A stretch of 64,000 nucleotides of DNA. Source: Selaginella moellendorffii. Taxonomy: Eukaryota; Plantae; Lycopodiophyta. The notes beneath the pieces were generated by a model. The model made no database searches. It had not been told where the DNA came from and worked only from the letters and a program-made list of their open reading frames with translations. Position 1 is the first letter of the stretch, and every line of letters starts with the position of its first letter. The stretch is taken from assembly GCF_000143415.4 (NCBI RefSeq), contig NW_003314271.1, forward strand, positions 124,001 to 188,000, written 5' to 3'. Below are positions 25,768-37,622 of the stretch, one piece after another. The position numbers and the translations under genes are program-made.

Positions 25768-26337
25768 TGGAGTGATGCTTCTTGGGGTCCATCTCACACA
25801 GCACTAGGTTTTCAGCCTTGAGTGCCGGGGACACCAGCTCAGGAATGCAGACCTGGAGGCCGAGTTTTCCAACACCTCCAGTGCTTTGTTATATACTGTT
25901 TCCCGCAGAAGAACGGTTGGTGCAAAAACGGGAACCCTATCGTCGACAAGCTCATCGTGTCTTCGCTCAACATGGAGCTTCTTGCGATACACGACTCCAT
26001 CACGGCCGTGCAGTTGTACAAGGCTCGAGGTTACTGGCAGTCCAACAAGCTGAATATCTACACCGACAGTTTGCAGTCGCTGAAGCTGTTGCAGTTTGCG
26101 CAGTGCCGGCCTGACCATCCCGACTGTATCCAGCTGAAGCCGCTCCTTCAGCACATTGTTGACGCAGCAGCAAAGAGCGGGATGGAGATCCGGCTATGCA
26201 AAGTCAAGGCGCATGACAAGGTATATGAGAATAATGTAGCGGACGGGCTCACCAAGAGAGGCCGCCAACTCGAGGGGCGGAAGATCCAGTGGTTCCACGA
26301 AGAAAGGTCTGGTAAGTCGACTATTGTGAAATTGTGA
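25768..26337 (+). pseudogene. RNase HI-domain gene, probably a pseudogene (one in-frame TGA at 25819-25821); further decayed exons upstream from about 25020
   Basis: All four acidic motifs in one frame: WSDAS, NMELLAI, IYTDSL, VKAHDKVYENNVAD. Confidence 0.7.
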
Positions 26338-26539
26338 AATATAGTGAGATTATATTTTAATGTAGTGTTGATAACTATTTCTTTCCCTTTTTTTGAAAAG
26401 GCTTGTTAACTACCAATTTTAAATTGTGAAGAAAATATTTGGCCCATGCAAGTTTCGAACCGAGCTAATAGACCTTAAACAATCAATGATGTTTTAATTT
26501 AATCAAATAAAGAATTTATGCAACCTGCAAAGCAATGAG

Positions 26540-26614
26540 CGCGCTGGACAGGGTTTCGAACCTGTGATTTTCTGGTTAGTATCCACGGACGCTCTATCCA
26601 CTCGCTACAAGCAC
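26540..26614 (-). pseudogene. Degenerate tRNA-Arg(CCU)-like pseudogene or tRNA-derived SINE head
   Basis: Minus strand GTGCTTGTAGCGAGTGGATAGAGCGTCCGTGGATACTAACCAGAAAATCACAGGTTCGAAACCCTGTCCAGCGCG has A- and B-box-like segments and resembles plant cytosolic tRNA-Arg(CCU) as recalled; anticodon arm disrupted. Confidence 0.6.
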
Positions 26615-27480
26615 TTTACAGGTCAACAGATTTTCATTAAGTTCACACAAACTATATCAAAAGAAGATGCAAGATTGATCTACAAAAACCAGGATTCTGG
26701 AATTATGGTACAAGCTCTCAAAAAATACCTATTGGAGGAAGCAAAGTCCATGACCACTTGGGCCTTGGTGCTGCTTAAGTTGATGCCCATTAAGCAACCT
26801 TCATCCTCGGTTATAATCTCGACATCTCTCATGTCTCTCTTGAGCACACTAGTGAGACATGATATAGCTTCAGTTTGCTTAAGTAGAACCTGGAAACAAA
26901 CATGCCCCAATAAGAATGGAGAGCTACTGGAATCGAAATACTGCACCTCTTGAATATCAGTCAAGCTTTGCTCATTGAGTTGGCCTTGTAGAAAGGATGC
27001 ATTTCTCTATGCTGCATGAAATTGACAAGACTGAGTCCACTTTTCTTGGAAGCTCTGTTGTTGGCTGGAGCTGAGAAGGTAAAGGGAACTCTTAAGTTCC
27101 TACATCGTATCTAAGAAAGAATAACTTGTTGTGCCAGCGTTCATAACTTTTCTCCCATAAGTGTTTCGAACCTTGTCAAAGGCATCTGTAAGCCCTTTGT
27201 TTCAAGCATTTTGATTATCCTAGCAAGCTGGTAAAAATAAAGCAAGTTAGAAAACCACCACACTCTTGGACAAACTAAATAGACCTTTAACAACTTCCAT
27301 TATAGCTGCTCCTTGAGTCTTAACCATTGGAGCTAAGGTAATGTGACGACATGGAAATGTCTTTGCAACTGAAAAAAATGGGTGAAATAAGATACAGGCA
27401 GTGGCATCCAAAGCTCACCAGCTTCACATTGCTTTCAGTAGCTTGCAGCCTATTCATATCTAAAGAGATTGCCTATCAAA

Positions 27481-28160
27481 GGGCTAGAGTGTGTTTGTGA
27501 TTGAGACAAAGTCAAGGTCATGGATTTCTCTTTGTTTTAAACTAAGTGTGATTAATTATTAAAGGATTAGCAATAATCCTAAAGCTGTGACCCTTGGGGC
27601 AAAAAACAAGTGGTGGTGTGATAGAGAGCAACAATGGCATTGCTGAAGAGTTTATGAACCTCTGAACAGCTATGGTGATAGATAAGAATGGAGTGTGAGG
27701 AGGTTTAAGTCCCTATACTTGCTTGTCTTGGTGTTTGTGGAGTTTTCCTCCACATTTTTGGTGCATTTCCCAGGAATGATGAGCATGGAGAGTGGGAGAA
27801 GAATAAGTGCCGAACATGCCAAGCTACCTTTCCTAAGTCAAAGGCCATTTTGTTCTAGTGAGAAAAATATTGGATAGTGGGGAGAGAGGAAGCACTAAGA
27901 GAGAATTAAGCTACTCCTACCATGAAGCTAGTAAAAAGAAAAGGGAAGCAAAAATCTAAAGATACTAAATGTATTAATTTATTCAATAGGTTTTAAAGTA
28001 AGAGGTGCTCTGGAGATGGAACACAATTATTGCCGAGATGATATCAAGGGGTTAGAGTGTGTTTGTGACTGAGACAAAGTCAAAATCATGGATTTCTCAT
28101 TGTTATTGACTAAGTATGATTAATTAGTGAGAGATTAGCAATAATCCTAGCTGTGACCTT
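27481..28160. repeat. ~115-bp imperfect direct repeat (27481-27595 and 28049-28160)
   Basis: tagagtgtgtttgtga.tgagacaaagtcaa..tcatggatttctc...gattagcaataatccta..gctgtgacc present twice. Confidence 0.75.
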
Positions 28161-28195
28161 TAGGGTGGTTTTTCAATGAAAACCCTTGTATCAAT

Positions 28196-31100
28196 TGTGT
28201 GCGCATGTGACTTCGGGTATCGAAAGTTACCTGTCGACTAGTCCTTACGGACACTCTTACCTTACTGCCACGATGGCAGGAGGTCGGTACTGCTGGTTCC
28301 CTTTATTGGCCCCTCTTGTTCAAGTGTTAGTAAACTGGACTTTGCATCTGTACTTGGCCGGATGAGCATAAGGAAGGAATTCCTAAGTGTCTATTTAGCT
28401 GAGCATACTTGGCCCGGCTTGTTAGTTCTCTTTTGCTCTGTCTTGCACTGGCTTGACAAGAACCCTCGCGTATTGAGATTGGTCCCTCAATATCGCTGGA
28501 TGATAGCTTACCGTGTCTGCCAAACACCCTCGCTATCATGCCCTTTGTGTTAGTCTCATTTCGGTCCCAAATGCTATTTATGGAAAGTGTCCAGATTTGC
28601 TCATTTGGCATATCTACAGAATGTAGAGATCGGCCTGAACACAATGGTGTTTGTCCCGTGTCCAAATTCGCAATCTAAGGACATTCCATATTTAGTAAGT
28701 TTCGAGTTTGTCCCAGAGACTAACTCCTGATACTAAGGGAGGCTTGGGGTGAAAGCCCAAAGCGTGTGTTCCTCAAGGGGGGGGGGCTGTGGGGGGTTCC
28801 AAATGTATAGTAGGGATAGTGGGTAGGTCGGGCATGGCCGACCAACCTGAGGCATAGTCTAGCTCCCGCTTGCGTGCCTGTCCTTGTTCTGCGTCCGGCT
28901 TGGGTCTAAGCCCAAGTTCCATTCCATGCTAGTTGGTGGAGTACCCATGTCCTCGCGTTAGGCCACCGGTATGCCGAAATAGCACCAGACTCCGTTTGGC
29001 TCCGTTTTGCGTGCTGGTCCTGGCATTGGGATGCTGGTTACTCTAAGACTGTTCCAAGTCGCTCTGGGCCCCTGTCCCTTCGCTCCTTGGGCTTTACGCT
29101 TGGGAGTTGCTCCGTGGTTCGGTTCCGTCACTCCTTGGCTTCGTGCTTGGGAGTTTGGCACCGTTCCTTTGTTCAGTGGCCCAAGGCCCTGAACCTCGGG
29201 TTCCTGTGGACACGTGGCATGGACACGTGGCATGTGACACGTGGCATCTGTCACGTGGCACAAAGAGGGTTTAGGTTCCGCTTCGTGGTGTTATCCTATG
29301 GTAAATCACCATAGGATAAAGGGTCAAAACCACGTGCGCTACATTTGGTATCAGAGAATGAGTCTCAGCGAGTACTATTCAATGAGATTGGGCAACTAGT
29401 CTCGTTGCATACGCAGAGATGAAAACGATGATCCGAGTGGGTACACGTTTTGGTGCAAAGACTTCGCATTGGTTCCTTGGGATAGGTTTTGGGTTACCTT
29501 GTTGTACCTTATGATGTGAGCTTGCGCTTGGGCTCATAGGATGGATTGGAGATGTTCCATTTGCACGAGTTTGAGCTTGGACTCGTGAGTGAGGCACATT
29601 AGCAACTCAAGGTTACACTTTGAGTTGGCAGGATTAATGTTAGCCTATCGGTGGTTCCATAAGTTGTTCCAATGGTTCTATAAGTTGTTCCATGTACCGT
29701 GGGTAAAAGCAAACCTTCCCTGGGTTTGCTATGAGTGGCAAATAGGCTGGTCCGTAGCTGTTTAGCACGGCACTAGTGGATCCTTCCTAGGCATGATTAT
29801 AATTGGATCAGTCAAGACTGTAGGGAATAGTCTATTGGTTCAAGTAATCATTGCCGTGCTCTCTCATAAACTTTTCTTCGATTGAACTGAAGGCAGTGCG
29901 AAAGCAAGCTTGAGGTTTGGTCAAAGATGAGACCGAAAAGAGGGTCATCGAGGACGGAGGATCAAATACGTAAATCATTTTCTCTTCTTGGAGAGATGAT
30001 TTGCAACGAGGTGTTAACTCATTGCTTGTGTTCACATTATGCAATCAAGAGTCCCTACCTTGATGCATGTTGGAAGTGATGGTCTTACAAGTGGTGAGTT
30101 ATGGGATGGATAGTGGTGAAACACTAAACCATTTTGTCTAGGCTCGCTATTGAAAGACTTGGGTTGCAATGCTCAATTCTTTTCCGGGGAACCTTGCTAT
30201 TGCTCCTTGAGTAGCTTGGTGTTGGATTAGTGTTGAGTTTGGTCGGAAAGAGAGTGGCATGAGCTTGTCCGTGTTGTGAACAAAAGTTAGTGGTGTTGGG
30301 TGTCGTAAACCTCTATTGGTGGAGTGTGGCATTTATGTTGCATTTGGTCGAATCGAGTTGACACTTGATACTCACATAAACATTTGTAGTAATGACATTG
30401 GCATTGCTCGTGGTGTTGCTCAATTGATGATCAAGTCATTGTGATGCTTATATCATATCCATGTGATAAAGAGTAATGCGTTTACGAAGTTGCTTGGGTA
30501 AATGATGATCAACCCCAAAGTGGTTGATGGACAAGCTAGTCTACTTACACGAAGTAGCATTGTAGTAGCTTTGATTGGATTCTCTATAGTGGTCCATTAT
30601 GCTAAGCTTAAGTAGGTACCTTGTTTCCTTAAGTTTGCCCACTAAGGTGTTGGAAAAGGGTTGTAACATTCATTTGCTATAGCTTGTTGGTTGATCCGTT
30701 AGCACTTGGAGTAGATTGTTGGATGGAGAAGATGTGGAGTTGGGGCATTGACGTCACTAGCACTTGTGTTAGTGGAAGTGGCATTGTTATTTCAAGTGAT
30801 GAGGAATTTTCCTTGGACCTTGATTTTTCCATGTCATTTTTCTTGTTAGTGTTTTGGCTTCACATTGGATCTTGAAGATGATTGAAGAAGAGTGTTAGTG
30901 CAATGTGGATATCCGAAGATGTGGTCTTCGTGATCAAGCCTTGGATGTTCATTTTGCACTTTGCGGATGTCGGAGTTGGATGTCAGGAAAATGGGTAAAG
31001 ATGTTCGATGCTTAAGCATGCTATTGGGTCATGAGAATTTGTGTTGAGGTGAATCTATGTGAAGTTGTTGGTAGGAGGAAGTTGGTTGAGTCCTGAAAGT

Positions 31101-34100
31101 TTGCATTCCTGGACTGAGAGTCATTCTTTCTCTAGGATGGAAAATTTTCCACAAATTTTCTTAGACTTTTCCAATGGCTGATCTATTGATCACTTTGCTC
31201 GAAAACCATTCCATTTTCGAAAGCCAGTACAAACTAGTGAAGGGGTTGGAGTTGACTTCGGTTGGCTTAGATCTTAGTAGGTAGTTTGTATGATGTGACC
31301 CGAAAGGGATGCTAACTTTTGGGGCTAAAGCAATTGAGTTGGATAGAGTCTGGAGTTGGTGTAGAAAAGTGGCCGCTGCACTTTTCTAAGAAAGGTGACT
31401 CTTATGCCTTTCTTTTGTAGCATTATGCTCGGTGGCAGGTTGCACCTTGCATTTCGCTAAGACTCTATGAGAGTAGTGAGCTCTCACTGATCTTGACTTA
31501 GTCTTGGCAGCCCTGCACCTTGGCTAAGGATGGTGATGTCCAACTTAGTTGTTTGAGGTTGAGATGTTGGTACCCGTACTATAGCTTTGTCTATGAGGAG
31601 GTTGTGTACCGATGTGAGTTCATCTCATGGTCTTCACTTTAGTTTCGACTGAGTGTTGATCATGCATAGCTAGCCTCTTCAAGGCATGCTCAGAGCTAGT
31701 GGCTAAATGTTTTAGTGAGCTTATTACGGTTGAGTTGGATTCGAGTGGTCATTTAGTTTGTGCTTGTCCATGAACTTTTATCTCATGTTTGAGGTATTAT
31801 GTTTATGCTAGATAAGTATATAACTTGATGACAAGAGTTGGTGTTTGAGTCTTGTGAACGCAAGTTGAGGAGTGATTGTTAGTTGCTTTGCGACTAGTGA
31901 TTACTTGTAGACTTCATCAAGGACCGTTGACACTTGCTTTGCTCGATGATGATTTAGCAGTGGTGGGCTTGCTTTACCGAATAGTGTTGCGGAGGATCGT
32001 GTCGTTAGACATACATGGGTTTTCCATGTTGACATGTCGACTCTACCTCTGTCGATATCATTTGGTTACATTTAGTCCGTAGTGTTGGATTTCATTGAGT
32101 CTTGGACGTGGTGAATCACTCCTTGATGATGTGTTATCTGTAACTGAGTATTGTTAGAGGATTGGTCTCGGTTACTAATTAAAGTATCTTCGACCTTGGT
32201 TAGCTTGGTTGCTGGAAAGCTCCGAGTGGTGATTCACTCATGCTTTCTTCTAGCTTTGTTTTGGTGTTGATGGCATTAAAGTGATGCTTTGTCATTGACA
32301 TTGTTGATATTGAGATCTGAGTGAAATGAGATATCCTTCCTAGGATTGATATTGAGTTTCATTAGTCTTGATGAATATAGTGTTGATGATTTGGCTATAG
32401 CTTTGTGTTGTTGGCATTCGTGCATTTGCTAGTTAGCAACTGTGTTGACGTTCAAACGAACTGAGTGGCAAGTTGAGTTAGTTGTGTTCTAGACGAGATT
32501 ATTTAGTAGAGGGTTGAGCTTTAGCTTTTCCTTGAAAAGTGATTTAGTCGTGGACTATGCTAACTCTACGAGAAGAAGAGTTAGTGATCGATATTAGAAT
32601 GTTGAGTCCTTGCTGGATTTGAGTTCGGAATATAGCAATCATTAATGATTCTTTTTGAGCTTGTTATGAAGTGAGTTACGTCTTGCTATAGATGGATTCA
32701 TGGAGGATCGTTTGATGATCACTTGTTAAGCATAGCTTCGTTATGCTTAGCTTTTGGATTGATACAGAAATGCTCTTCATTAGCTTTGGCATTATGAAGT
32801 TTGGCTTATGGATGTGTTGAGGAAGATATTGTGGGTTGCACCATGATTTCTTCTTTAGCATTGAAGTTAGCTTCTATGAAACTCGTGATCATTATTAGGC
32901 AAGACTTAGTTATAGGCTTCTTCGAGCTTTTGGTTCTTGAGTTTTGTGCTCATTGTTCCATTTGTTAGAAGTTGTTGGGGAAGGCATTTTGGCTCATTAG
33001 CTTCGATGTTGAAGTTGGTTTTTGCATCTGGCAATCATTGGTGATGATTGACTATCATCTAGGGTAGTTGATTATCCTTATCACAAGTTTTGCTTGATTA
33101 TTGTTGGTTTGGAATTATTTGCTATTCTTCGGGATGGTAGATTCTTTCTTCAACGATGATTATACATCACTACATTGATGGGCTGATTGACGATCTTTCA
33201 TGATAGTTAGTTGTTCTCTTTGATGGCTTTTGGCTTTTCGCAATACCACATGTTCTTTGTGGTTTGCTCTGGATTGGTCTCTTGGGTTTGAGACATCAGT
33301 AGGATGTTGCTAACACTTGCTTAGGCAACTTGAGTTCCTTGGTGTTATTGGCTGGGATCTATCTGGATTGGCTAGTGCGATGATTGGCATGAACACTATA
33401 TTTGTTTGCTTTGCAACATTCATTTTGTTCTGTTGATTATTGCTTGAGTTAGTTTTGATAAATTTGGATGTTATTTCCTTTGGGTGATACATTCGCGAGC
33501 ATTTTGCTTGTCAATCAATGATACTTTGTGTTCTTTGAGTTATCTTTCGTAAGTTGTTTAGCATTCTGTCTGCAATCTTTAATAGTTAAACTTTATCATT
33601 GAGTTTCCTTGATGATCTACTTGCTATTGAATTTTGTTGGATGGTGATTCCTATGTTTACCAATTATGCTGATCTTGGTGGTTCTTGCACTATAATACTA
33701 GTTTATCGGATGATAACTTACTTGGAATACTTTTGTGTTCTAATTTAAAGCTTTATTCACTGATAATTCAATCTCTAAGATATCATTGTTTATGACTTTG
33801 ATATAGTCCATATATATTGATCTTTGAGTTTGGGCCAGTATAGGCAGACTGGCTTCGGCACTTCGTGTGCATGTTGAAATCTCTAGTCATGGGGTAGCTA
33901 CTGTCGACTGGTCACATAACCCGCCTCTTTGTCGATGTTCCTTATTCCGTTGAAAGGGCGTGACCGTGTAAACAACTCTAACTGCCTGTTTACAGTAGTC
34001 TATCTAAACCTTACCGACGGGTTTGGTTTCTTTGCTTAGGAGGGTAGGGGCCTCTGGCTTCTCTCTCTATGTTCCTGCGGGCAGGGCATATCACACTTTT

Positions 34101-35501
34101 GTAAGCTGGGTGACTCCCAGAGCAGCAGGGGTGGCTGACTCCGTTGGTCATTTCCTTGTCGGCGACGGCCGGAAGGTGTCTGAGCTGGAAGCGCATCCGC
34201 GTTAGACAAAGAGGTTGCCCCCTAACTCATTTAAGTTGGTGCATTTCTCACATAGTGTGAGTACCGTAAACTTTTTCTGGAGTTGTTTCCTTGGCGGTAT
34301 TCTAGACTCGAGTATGCATCGACGAGGACGTCGATCTTCCCAAGGGGGGGAGAGTGTCGCGCATGTGACTTCGGGTATCGAAAGTTACCTGTCGACTAGT
34401 CCTTACGGACACTCTTACCTTACTGCCACGATGGCAGGAGGTCGGTACTGCTGGTTCCCTTTATTGGCCCCTCTTGTTCAAGTGTTAGTAAACTGGACTT
34501 TGCATCTGTACTTGGCCGGATGAGCATAAGGAAGGAATTCCTAAGTGTCTATTTAGCTGAGCATACTTGGCCCGGCTTGTTAGTTCTCTTTTGCTCTGTC
34601 TTGCACTGGCTTGACAAGAACCCTCGCGTATTGAGATTGGTCCCTCAATATCGCTGGATGATAGCTTACCGTGTCTGCCAAACACCCTCGCTATCATGCC
34701 CTTTGTGTTAGTCTCATTTCGGTCCCAAATGCTATTTATGGAAAGTGTCCAGATTTGCTCATTTGGCATATCTACAGAATGTAGAGATCGGCCTGAACAC
34801 AATGGTGTTTGTCCCGTGTCCAAATTCGCAATCTAAGGACATTCCATATTTAGTAAGTTTCGAGTTTGTCCCAGAGACTAACTCCTGATACTAAGGGAGG
34901 CTTGGGGTGAAAGCCCAAAGCGTGTGTTCCTCAAGGGGGGGGGGCTGTGGGGGGTTCCAAATGTATAGTAGGGATAGTGGGTAGGTCGGGCATGGCCGAC
35001 CAACCTGAGGCATAGTCTAGCTCCCGCTTGCGTGCCTGTCCTTGTTCTGCGTCCGGCTTGGGTCTAAGCCCAAGTTCCATTCCATGCTAGTTGGTGGAGT
35101 ACCCATGTCCTCGCGTTAGGCCACCGGTATGCCGAAATAGCACCAGACTCCGTTTGGCTCCGTTTTGCGTGCTGGTCCTGGCATTGGGATGCTGGTTACT
35201 CTAAGACTGTTCCAAGTCGCTCTGGGCCCCTGTCCCTTCGCTCCTTGGGCTTTACGCTTGGGAGTTGCTCCGTGGTTCGGTTCCGTCACTCCTTGGCTTC
35301 GTGCTTGGGAGTTTGGCACCGTTCCTTTGTTCAGTGGCCCAAGGCCCTGAACCTCGGGTTCCTGTGGACACGTGGCATGGACACGTGGCATGTGACACGT
35401 GGCATCTGTCACGTGGCACAAAGAGGGTTTAGGTTCCGCTTCGTGGTGTTATCCTATGGTAAATCACCATAGGATAAAGGGTCAAAACCACGTGCGCTAC
35501 A
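28196..35501 (+). mobile_element. Non-autonomous copia-derived LTR retrotransposon (LARD-like), recent insertion
   Basis: LTRs about 28196-29343 and 34355-35501 (TG..CA, essentially identical, offset 6158). PBS TGGTATCAGAG (tRNA-iMet) at about 29346; PPT AAGGGGGGGAGAG at 34342-34354. The 5-kb interior has no long ORF, only faint copia-like relics (DSG at about 30110, QAPRAW-like at about 31510, VDD at about 32380). No clean TSD seen. Confidence 0.9.
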
Positions 35502-35544
35502 ATGAAATAGAAAAAAGGGTTTGATGGAAAGTAAAGAACAAATG

Positions 35545-35725
35545 TGTAAGGCACAAATTTTTCCTTTTTAATTTGCTAGCTTACCTCATCTATTCGACCA
35601 CCACAACCTTGGCTATAGTTAAATTCTCTCACCAAGGTTCCCACCTATTGTACTACTACTTGGTCCTACTTGGTTTTAGCAATTCATTGCATGAGTAATG
35701 AAGCGTTAGCCATCCATTCACGGAT
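35545..35725 (-). mobile_element. Truncated family-A LTR end fragment
   Basis: Matches 35806-35980 and 42536-42720. Confidence 0.7.
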
Positions 35726-35805
35726 TCATATACAAGCATGAACTAAATAACAAATTGAATTCAACTCAACCGCAATAAACTCACTAATGTGTTTAGTTAA
35801 CAACT

Positions 35806-36898
35806 TGTATGCTACAAATTTTTCTTTTCCAATTTGCTAGCTTACGTCGTCTATCTAACCACCATGGCCTTGGTTTTAGTTAAATTCCCTCGCTAACTAT
35901 TGTACCAGCTCCTACTTGGTCTTATTTGGTCTCAACAACTCATTACACGAGTAACAGAATGTTAACCATCCATCCACAAATTCCTAAATTCTCTCCCAAT
36001 CCCCCTCCCTGAGTTAGACTAAACTTAAGGTTCAACTACACTCCCCACAGGCACAAGCAGTCAAGCACACTAAACCTCCAAATTCCTAACATCCATTAGT
36101 ACAATAAAACTTGATCATAGGACCCTCTAAATCCCAAGTCTTGGGTGCAACACTTCCTTTGAGACATCGGGGGGAAACACTATGGTTTAACGGCCCGGTA
36201 TGAGTACCCTTACTCTCCCACTTCCATCTCGAAGGGAAAGCACAATCCCCTAGGAAGGGTGAGGACTAATGAGCTGCAAGGTACTCAAGTGGGGCACCTC
36301 TCTATATGAGCCAGGAGCACCACAGTTAGTTTCCCTTCTAAGAGTGGGAGCTGCTTTTGAGAACTTCCTTGGGTGGCCCCTCCGGCACCACCTGAGTCCA
36401 TGCTCACTCCCAGAAAAAGGCCCTTTAGCCCTAGTCTCAACCTCAAGTTAGTTTGGAAGCACAACTAGAGAGTTCCTTCAAGATTAATTCCTAGACCTCA
36501 CTATCTCTACTATGCTTTTGGAACCCTCTGCAGCCTCCCCCCCCCCAGGAGACACACGCTTTGGGCTTTCACCCCACGACCTATATTAGTATTCGAATGT
36601 GGTCTCAAACTCAATCTTGGACTCAATCTCAGACTCGACCTCAAACTCAGTCTCGAACTCGATCTTAGACTTGATCTCGGACCCAACCTCAAACTCTGTC
36701 TCGGACTCGATCTCGGACTTGGTTTTGGACCTGATCTTGTATCTCAGACTCGGTCTTGGACTCGGTCTCAAACTCGGTCTTAGACTTGGTCTTGGACTTG
36801 ATCTCGGACTTGGTCTCATTTGATAAACACTTTATCATTTTAGTCGTGCTTTCAGGGATCCTTTAGCTTTCGACATCTCAAGGAGTTGGTTCCTTACA
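35806..36898 (-). mobile_element. 3' LTR of chromovirus-type Gypsy element (family A)
   Basis: Starts TGTAAGG at 36898 directly after PPT GGGTGGTGGAGT; homologous to 42536-42996 plus 61815-62488. Confidence 0.85.
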
Positions 36899-37622
36899 AC
36901 TCCACCACCCATAGAAGAAGTTCGATACCCACATCAAATGCCTTTTTTTAATCCTACGACTTGTTGACCATGTCTCCGAGAGCATCCCCCCACTTAGCGG
37001 TGTGCCTAAGTTAGCTTCCCTAGCTAAGAGCCCATGACAACAGAATATATGTGTTCCTAGTTTGGGGTTGGGACTTGAACCCAGCCTTGCTTTATTAGAG
37101 GGTTGGGACTCGAACCCAACCTCCATAGAATACATCTATGGATTCGACATCCCCACAAGGAGTCGGGTGTAGTTTTCTATGCCTGGTCGACCTAGCTAAC
37201 CCATGCTAGTTAGCTTGCTTTTGGCGTACCCTTGGGTCCCAATATATAACATTGCTCAATTTCTCGAATAGATTCTTTAATTGAATTTTGCATAAGTACA
37301 TAGAGTTCTACCTTGCAAAAATTCCTCAACTAGATCCCGCGCATTCGCTAGATTCTCCTTCGGTTCCCATATTGCTTCGTAGTGTGGAAATCCTTTCCAC
37401 TTCACATGGAATTCCCTTACTTCATGTCCTTGTCACTTGCTTTTGTGCGTATTGAAGATAGCCTCGACTTCATATTCTTCTTCCCCTTGGATAACCTCAG
37501 GTAAGGTTTTATTTAGTCTTTGTGAAGCGGATCCTCAAAGTATAACTTGAGTAAGTTCACGTGAAACACATGGTGCATTATCCTCATCTCTTAAGGAAGT
37601 CGAAGGTAGTAAGCCACTTTAC
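36899..37622 (-). mobile_element. Family-A Gypsy 3' internal region: integrase C-terminus plus chromodomain relic
   Basis: HVFHVNLLK; EEEYEVEAIF...REFHVKWKGFPHYEAIWEPKENLANARDLVEEF (chromodomain), with stops. Confidence 0.85.

Noticed and set aside
28327-35472. Duplicated small ORFs in the two LTRs
   Set aside because: Identical only because the LTRs are identical; no coding signatures.
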